12,648 bases of DNA, from assembly GCA_051747585.1 (NCBI GenBank), contig JBNJGH010000098.1:1-12648 (forward strand), in the 5' to 3' direction. The translations under genes and the position numbers were made by a program. Source of the DNA: Candidatus Rifleibacteriota bacterium. Its GTDB lineage: Bacteria > Muiribacteriota > Ozemobacteria > Ozemobacterales > Ozemobacteraceae. Below the pieces are notes generated by a model. It made no database searches and had not been told where the DNA came from. It saw nothing but the letters and a program-made list of their open reading frames with translations. Positions 7,686 to 12,648 of the stretch are shown piece by piece. Positions within the stretch are counted from its first letter, which is position 1. Each line of letters opens with the position of its first letter.

Positions 7686-8121
7686 TCCACTCGAAACCAG
7701 TACAGGCCTTGAAATTCTTGCAAACATTTTGCGTCATTGTGACTCAAAGACGAATAAAAACGTTCTTGTTGGCCTTGAAAAAGATGTTCCCCATCTTGCC
7801 CAGGAGCTTCGTAAAAGAATTCTTACCTTTGACGATCTGGCGTATGCTGACCCACGCGGAATCCAGAAGCTTATCAAGCTTATAAGATTTCGCGACCTGG
7901 CTGTCGCTCTAAAAGGCTCATCACATGCAGTTTTAAAACATATCGCATCTAATATGTCCAAACGCAACCTGCAAGATCTTAAAGCCGAAATAACCGTGGC
8001 CGGGCCTACCAGAGAATCAGAAGTAGAAACTGCGCGAGAGCGCATTATGCAGATAGTTGCCGAACTTATAAGCAAAAAAGAACTTTTTATTAACCGACCT
8101 ACTGACGACCTAATTTACTAA
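7678..8121 (+). CDS. Stand-alone FliG C-terminal-domain paralog (147 aa)
   Basis: Aligns without gaps to the last ~140 aa of the adjacent FliG, about one-third identical by my manual count (P.LA.E..KR...F.D, ALKG, NMSKR, GP.R). TTG start with perfect SD AGGAGG at 7666-7671 and an 8-nt overlap with the end of fliG. Confidence 0.88.
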   Translation: MASPLETSTGLEILANILRHCDSKTNKNVLVGLEKDVPHLAQELRKRILTFDDLAYADPRGIQKLIKLIRFRDLAVALKGSSHAVLKHIASNMSKRNLQDLKAEITVAGPTRESEVETARERIMQIVAELISKKELFINRPTDDLIY

Positions 8122-8135
8122 GGACCCCGGATCAA

Positions 8136-9293
8136 ATGGCAAGAATATATAAAGCAAATCAGGTAAAAATTGATAAAGACAAATCGGTATTTGTTCCGCA
8201 TCATCAAAAAATATCCGAGCCTCCCAAAAAAATGGATCCGGCAGAAGAAGCCTTTACCGAAGAAGTTTTTCGTGAGCTTTCGCCTGTTCATCTTGCAGGT
8301 AACGGTGAGAAGATGAAATCCGACAAAAAGACAAAAGAAAATGAAGCCCCGGAAAAATCAGAAAGCGAAAGCAAATCACAAGAAGAAAGCAAAGACGCCG
8401 AGCAACAGCAGGAATCAGCTGAACCAGAAAAGCCAAAAAAATCAGAACTTTCCTATGCTGCCAAAAAAGCACGCCACAGCGCAGCACTCGAAGCAATTCG
8501 CATAAAAGAGCTTGAGCTTGAAGCTCTTGAAGAAGAACTGCGCGAATGGGAACAGCAACTGCAAAACAAAGAACGCGAACTTACCGGCAAAGAGCAGGAA
8601 TTCAGTCAGACAATGATTGCAAAACGCAATGAAGCTGAAGCCGAAGCACGCAAAACTATAGAAATGGCCAAAGAAAACGCTTCTTCTATCACGGAGGCGG
8701 CAAGAGCCGAAGCAGAAGCAATAAAAAAAGCAGCTCAACTCGAAACTGAATCGGTTCGCGATAAAGCCTACAAAGAAGGCTACGCCCTGGGTGAAGACAA
8801 AGGAATTGCTGCCGGCGAAGAACAGGGACTGCATGAAGCCAGACTAGACTGGCAAAACCTCATGAAAGAGTCAGAAATGCTCATTAATGAGCTGCAAACC
8901 AGTAGAATGGGCCTGTTAAAATCCTCCGAAGAAGAAATGTTGCGTCTTGTAATTGCTTTTGCCAAAAGCGTTATTAAAGTCGAACCCCATGCACAACCCG
9001 ACATTGTACTTAAAAACATTGATCGGGCAATAAACAAAGTTGCTGATGTCGATAAAATTGTAATGCGTATTAACATGCGTGACAAAGCAATGTGCCAGGC
9101 CCACAAAGATGAATTCATGTCAAGACTTTCATCGGTAACCGAGCTTAAAATAATTGAAGACCCAACCCTTACACCAGGCGGCATAAAAATAGAAACCGGC
9201 GTGGGAACGATAGACGCAACGATCGAAAGCCAGGCAAATGAGCTCGAAAAAGCTCTGATCGAAAGATTTAGAAAAACACAGAAAGCGGCATGA
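8136..9293 (+). CDS. fliH: Flagellar export apparatus protein FliH, unusually long (385 aa)
   Basis: AxxxG(xxxG)n repeats AYKEGYALGEDKGIAAGEEQGLHEA and C-terminal IIEDPTLTPGGIKIETGVGTIDATIESQ. It lies directly upstream of fliI. Confidence 0.9.
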   Translation: MARIYKANQVKIDKDKSVFVPHHQKISEPPKKMDPAEEAFTEEVFRELSPVHLAGNGEKMKSDKKTKENEAPEKSESESKSQEESKDAEQQQESAEPEKPKKSELSYAAKKARHSAALEAIRIKELELEALEEELREWEQQLQNKERELTGKEQEFSQTMIAKRNEAEAEARKTIEMAKENASSITEAARAEAEAIKKAAQLETESVRDKAYKEGYALGEDKGIAAGEEQGLHEARLDWQNLMKESEMLINELQTSRMGLLKSSEEEMLRLVIAFAKSVIKVEPHAQPDIVLKNIDRAINKVADVDKIVMRINMRDKAMCQAHKDEFMSRLSSVTELKIIEDPTLTPGGIKIETGVGTIDATIESQANELEKALIERFRKTQKAA

Positions 9294-10606
9294 CAAATTT
9301 TAACTACAGCGATTACGAATCCCTGATTTCCCAGATAGATCCTATCCGGGTAAATGGACGGGTTACCCAGGTAGTAGGTCTGCTCATCGAGGCTACCGGC
9401 CCACAAAACCCGGTTGGCGATATCTGTCAGATTTTAACCCAACAAGGCCCTCTGCCCTGTGAAATTGTAGGCTTCAGACGGGGAAGCGTATTGCTTATGC
9501 CTCTTATTCACACCGAAGGAATCAGACAGGGCAGTGAGGTTATACCTACAGGCATGCCCTTAACCGTGCCTGCTGGCGAAGAACTATTAGGCAGACTTAT
9601 CGACGGCCTGGGACATCCGGTCGACGACAAAGGCGAATTACCTCCCTCTTTACCCAAAGTCCCGATTAATCGAGAACCGCCGAATCCTTTTACCCGTAAA
9701 AGAATTAGTGAACCACTACCAACAGGAGTTAGATCGATTGATGGCCTGCTAACTATAGGTAGTGGCCAGAGAATGGGTATTTTTGCAGGTTCCGGGGTAG
9801 GAAAAAGTACTCTTATGGGAATGATTTGCCGCTCATCTCAGGCCGATATTAACGTAGTCGCACTGATTGGTGAGCGAGGTAGAGAAGTTCGAGAATTTCT
9901 TGAAAAAGATCTCGGTCCCGAGGGAATGCGCAGATCGATCGTTGTCGTCGCAACCTCAGATCAACCTGCCCTTGTTAGAGTAAAAGCCGCTTTCGCTGCC
10001 ACCGCCATGGCCGAATATTTTCGCGACAAAGGCAAAAATGTCATGCTGATGATGGATTCAGTAACCAGATTTGCTCTCGCTCAACGCGAAATAGGACTCG
10101 CCATTGGCGAACCCCCTACCACCAGAGGTTATACCCCTTCAGTCTTTTCTCTTTTACCCAAATTGCTCGAACGAGCCGGAACCTCTCGCAAAGGCACGAT
10201 AACAGGTATCTATACTGTTCTGGTCGAAGGCGGCGACATGGATGAGCCCGTGGCTGATGCGGTAAGAGGTATTCTTGACGGCCATCTTATTCTCAGTCGT
10301 GATCTCGCTCATCAAAATATCTACCCCGCTGTAGATATTCTCGGCTCTATTTCAAGACTTATGCCCGAAATTACCAGCAAAGAACACTTCGAAAGTGCAC
10401 AAAAACTACGAAATATTTACTCTACTTATGCTAAAAATGCCGATGCAATAAGCCTTGGCGCTTACAAGTCCGGTTCAGACCCTAAAATAGATCAGGCTAT
10501 TCAAAAGCACCCATTGATCGAAAGCTATATTAAGCAGGGCATAACTGAAGTGGTCAATTTTCAGGATAGTCTTGAAAGTCTTGCAAAAATAGTAGCTGAT
10601 AAATAA
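9290..10606 (+). CDS. fliI: Flagellum-specific export ATPase FliI
   Basis: GQRMGIFAGSGVGKSTL (Walker A), LIGERGREVREF, LMMDSVTRFALAQREIGL (Walker B), GEPPTTRGY, ILDGH and YPAVD..SISRLM. ATGA overlap with fliH. Confidence 0.97.
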   Translation: MTNFNYSDYESLISQIDPIRVNGRVTQVVGLLIEATGPQNPVGDICQILTQQGPLPCEIVGFRRGSVLLMPLIHTEGIRQGSEVIPTGMPLTVPAGEELLGRLIDGLGHPVDDKGELPPSLPKVPINREPPNPFTRKRISEPLPTGVRSIDGLLTIGSGQRMGIFAGSGVGKSTLMGMICRSSQADINVVALIGERGREVREFLEKDLGPEGMRRSIVVVATSDQPALVRVKAAFAATAMAEYFRDKGKNVMLMMDSVTRFALAQREIGLAIGEPPTTRGYTPSVFSLLPKLLERAGTSRKGTITGIYTVLVEGGDMDEPVADAVRGILDGHLILSRDLAHQNIYPAVDILGSISRLMPEITSKEHFESAQKLRNIYSTYAKNADAISLGAYKSGSDPKIDQAIQKHPLIESYIKQGITEVVNFQDSLESLAKIVADK

Positions 10607-11058
10607 TGGCTTTTAAATTCAGGCTTGAACAGATTCTACAAATCTGCATTCATGAAGAAAACGAGGTGAAAAACAGACTTGCTAAAAAAGACGGGCAAAT
10701 TGCTGAAATCACCCTGGAAATAAAACAACTTAAAGAAGAGCATCAACAGGCTCTGGAAAACCAGATAAAAGACATGCAGTCCGGGCAGATGCTTAAAGTG
10801 CACATGTATCCAGCTTATCTGGCAAGATTGAAAAAAAACTGGGAGTTTCATGAAGAAGAACTGGAAAGGTTGCAAAAACAAAGAGAAAAAATATTTCAGG
10901 AACTGATTGAAAAAAGTCAAAATCGAAAAACCTATGAAAAGATAAAAGAAAAAGATAAAATAGCCTGGACAAAGGAACAACAGAAAAAAGAGCAAAGAGA
11001 GCTCGATGAATTCGGCACCAGGCTCAAACATTTTAAGGGGGACGATGAAAATGCTTGA
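10606..11058 (+). CDS. fliJ: Flagellar export protein FliJ
   Basis: 150-aa coiled coil with N-terminal FKFRLEQIL and C-terminal EQRELDE. TAATG overlap with fliI. Confidence 0.9.
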   Translation: MAFKFRLEQILQICIHEENEVKNRLAKKDGQIAEITLEIKQLKEEHQQALENQIKDMQSGQMLKVHMYPAYLARLKKNWEFHEEELERLQKQREKIFQELIEKSQNRKTYEKIKEKDKIAWTKEQQKKEQRELDEFGTRLKHFKGDDENA

Positions 11059-11626
11059 AAACATGCGAAAAGTGCAACAAAGAGTAGACCAGCTGAAAAA
11101 AAGTTGCGGCAAATTCGTTACCCGAAAGCATACGCCTCCAGAAAAAACTTTTGCTTCCGAAATGGCTAAAGCATCCGGAAAAACTGATAAAGCAGACGAA
11201 ACCAGCAAAACCGAGAAGGTCTTGAAGCCCTCTCAAGAGTTGATCACTGACATTGACAATCTTGTCGAGAAGCATGCAAAAGAAAATGAGCTTGAACCCG
11301 AGCTGGTTCGCAAACTAATAGCTACGGCTTCCGGCTTTAACCCTGACGCAGTAGGAACCCAGGGCCACCTTGGCCTTATGCAGGTAAAGCCCGAAATTTT
11401 CAGACAATTTGGCTTTACCAATCCCTTCGACCCGGATCAAAACATTTCTGCGGGCACTCAGCACCTTTCGCAAATGCTGAAGCGCAACGGCAATGATTTA
11501 CCACGCGCCCTCGCTGCCTACAATACTGATTCCGCTTCGGTTAAGCGATTTGGAGGAGTGCCTCCCTACCCTGAAACAAAAAGTTTTGTATCCCAGATTC
11601 TTTCTGAACTGGGTAAAAGCGAATAA
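11051..11626 (+). CDS. SLT/GH23-family lytic transglycosylase homolog, predicted catalytically inactive
   Basis: Motifs LIATASGFNPDAV, GLMQV, DPDQNISAGTQHL, LAAYN and GGVPPYPETKSFV. The start is placed at ATG 11051 (SD AAGGGGGA at 11035-11042), with 11045 as an alternative. The ORF-track start at 11006 overlaps deeply into fliJ. Confidence 0.85.
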   Translation: MLENMRKVQQRVDQLKKSCGKFVTRKHTPPEKTFASEMAKASGKTDKADETSKTEKVLKPSQELITDIDNLVEKHAKENELEPELVRKLIATASGFNPDAVGTQGHLGLMQVKPEIFRQFGFTNPFDPDQNISAGTQHLSQMLKRNGNDLPRALAAYNTDSASVKRFGGVPPYPETKSFVSQILSELGKSE

Positions 11627-11647
11627 CAACTTCAAGGAATTGCAATA

Positions 11648-12568
11648 ATGCCAGATGATAATTTAAAAGGAAACAATCAGGAAGTTCAGGACTCGCCTGA
11701 AAAGGCAAAGAATGCTGAGCAGAAGAACGAAAACACAGAAGAAGTACCACGCAAGCCTTCAAAAATTTATAAGGCAATCAGCCGAATTTTCTTTCTTTTT
11801 CTCCTTTTATCTCTTGGTGTTGCCACTTTTCTTTCGGCATTGACCCTTGATTTTCTTGATATAGTGCAGTTTCGCTACAACATTCCCGAGGAATGGCGCT
11901 CAAAATGGCCGCTTGAATCCTATTATGATTTTGTCCAACTTCATCAACTACCCGAAGAAGAAAGATACCAGCAGTTGATGATTAAGCAACAGGAGCGTTT
12001 CGATCGAGAAATAGTTCAAGGCAACAAAGAACTCGAACAAAGAGCCGAGGAGCTTGAAAAATCTTATCGTGCCCTTATAAAAACTCAAAAAGAGCGATTT
12101 AACCGCCAAATGGAAAAATTAAGACAGGAACAGGAACAACTGCTTCTCGACAAGAAACAGTTCAAAGCAGAAAAAGCCGATCTTACAAAACGCAAAGAAT
12201 CAATAGATGAGCTTACAAACAAACTCGCTTCTGAAGCGGCAAATATTGAATCGAGCCTTATAAGATTTATGGAAGACGACCAGCGCCTTGAGCAGGTGCG
12301 CAAAATTGCCGCAGTAATGGATGCGGGTGCCCTTGCCAATATTTTTGATGATTTGCCCGAAAATGAGCTTATTTATGACATTGTCAGCGGTCTTCCCCCG
12401 GCACATGCAGGTAAAATCTTGTCGATGATGGATAACGAAAAAGCCGGCCAGATTTTAGAACTCGGGCAAGAACCTTTAACCCTACCCGAACCCGGTCCCT
12501 CACGCTCCTACATCCCCCCCGGCCTGACCAACCTCATCGCCTCCACTCAAGCCAACCTCCGCGATTAA
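11648..12568 (+). CDS. FlbB/MotE/YlxF-like flagellar membrane protein (TM anchor, coiled coil, MotE/MgtE_N-like C-terminal domain)
   Basis: TM IFFLFLLLSLGVATFLSALTLDFLDIV, a long E/K/Q-rich coiled coil, and helical repeats AAVMDAGALANIFDDL and VSGLPPAHAGKILSMMDNEKAGQIL. It occupies the ylxF/flbB position after fliJ. SD AAGGA upstream. Confidence 0.72.
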   Translation: MPDDNLKGNNQEVQDSPEKAKNAEQKNENTEEVPRKPSKIYKAISRIFFLFLLLSLGVATFLSALTLDFLDIVQFRYNIPEEWRSKWPLESYYDFVQLHQLPEEERYQQLMIKQQERFDREIVQGNKELEQRAEELEKSYRALIKTQKERFNRQMEKLRQEQEQLLLDKKQFKAEKADLTKRKESIDELTNKLASEAANIESSLIRFMEDDQRLEQVRKIAAVMDAGALANIFDDLPENELIYDIVSGLPPAHAGKILSMMDNEKAGQILELGQEPLTLPEPGPSRSYIPPGLTNLIASTQANLRD

Positions 12569-12591
12569 TTGTAAAAAACAACACCAAGTTT

Positions 12592-12626
12592 GTCATTGCT
12601 TCGTCGCTAAGCTCCTCGCAATGAAC
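12592..12626. repeat. REP-like palindromic element
   Basis: Perfect 7-bp inverted repeat TCATTGC (12593-12599) / GCAATGA (12618-12624) around TTCGTCGCTAAGCTCCTC. From memory it resembles the dispersed ATTGCTTCGTCGCT..GCTCCTCGCAATGAC-type repeat. Confidence 0.6.
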
Positions 12627-12634
12627 ACCCTATT

Positions 12635-12648
12635 GCGGTCCCTGAGCG
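12635..12648. repeat. Possible start of a second REP-like element, truncated by the window edge
   Basis: GCGGTCCCTGAGCG resembles, from memory, the 5' arm of CCTGAGCG..GTCGAAGG-type palindromic repeats. Only 14 nt are visible. Confidence 0.3.

Noticed and set aside
7678..8121. FliG-C ORF as a pseudogene fragment, assembly duplication or frameshift extension of fliG
   Set aside because: It is only about one-third identical to fliG, uninterrupted, and has its own strong SD. fliG itself is complete with a normal stop.
10831..10838. A8 tract in fliJ as a phase-variation site (also C7 at 12514-12520)
   Set aside because: Both tracts are short and in frame. A runs are common in this lysine-rich sequence, and the C7 encodes Ile-Pro-Pro near the C-terminus.
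11006..11050. ORF-track N-terminal extension of the SLT homolog
   Set aside because: It would overlap fliJ by 53 nt and lacks an SD. The SD at 11035-11042 supports 11051 (or 11045).
191..12406. Numerous minus-strand and alternate-frame ORFs of 60-208 aa (for example 8780-9406, 10636-11208, 7275-7727)
   Set aside because: They overlap well-supported + strand genes, have the F/S/L-rich composition expected from the antisense of A-rich coding DNA, and show no recognisable motifs.
1..12648. CRISPR array, tRNA, rRNA, riboswitch or IS element
   Set aside because: Intergenic spaces are short and show no repeat-spacer periodicity, cloverleaf, recognisable aptamer or transposase ORF.

Overview
Bacterial chromosomal window with every supported gene on the + strand. 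A small AT-rich membrane-protein gene (144-458) is followed by a sigma70-type promoter and a tightly packed run: xerC-hslV-hslU-flgB-flgC-fliE-fliF-fliG-[stand-alone FliG C-terminal paralog]-fliH-fliI-fliJ-[SLT-family lytic transglycosylase homolog]-[FlbB/MotE/YlxF-like membrane protein]. The xerC-hslVU-flagellar linkage resembles Bacillota (codV-clpQY-codY-flgB) and spirochetes, here without codY. Most of this is a known housekeeping and flagellar locus. The unusual parts are a translationally coupled FliG-C-only gene that keeps most torque residues, a FliF with a 172-aa cytoplasmic tail, a 385-aa FliH, an SLT homolog whose catalytic Glu is replaced by Ala, a strongly C-skewed end of the last gene, and short repeat or palindromic elements at both window edges. 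No rRNA, tRNA, CRISPR array or transposase was seen. All calls come from manual motif recognition and no database searches were run.
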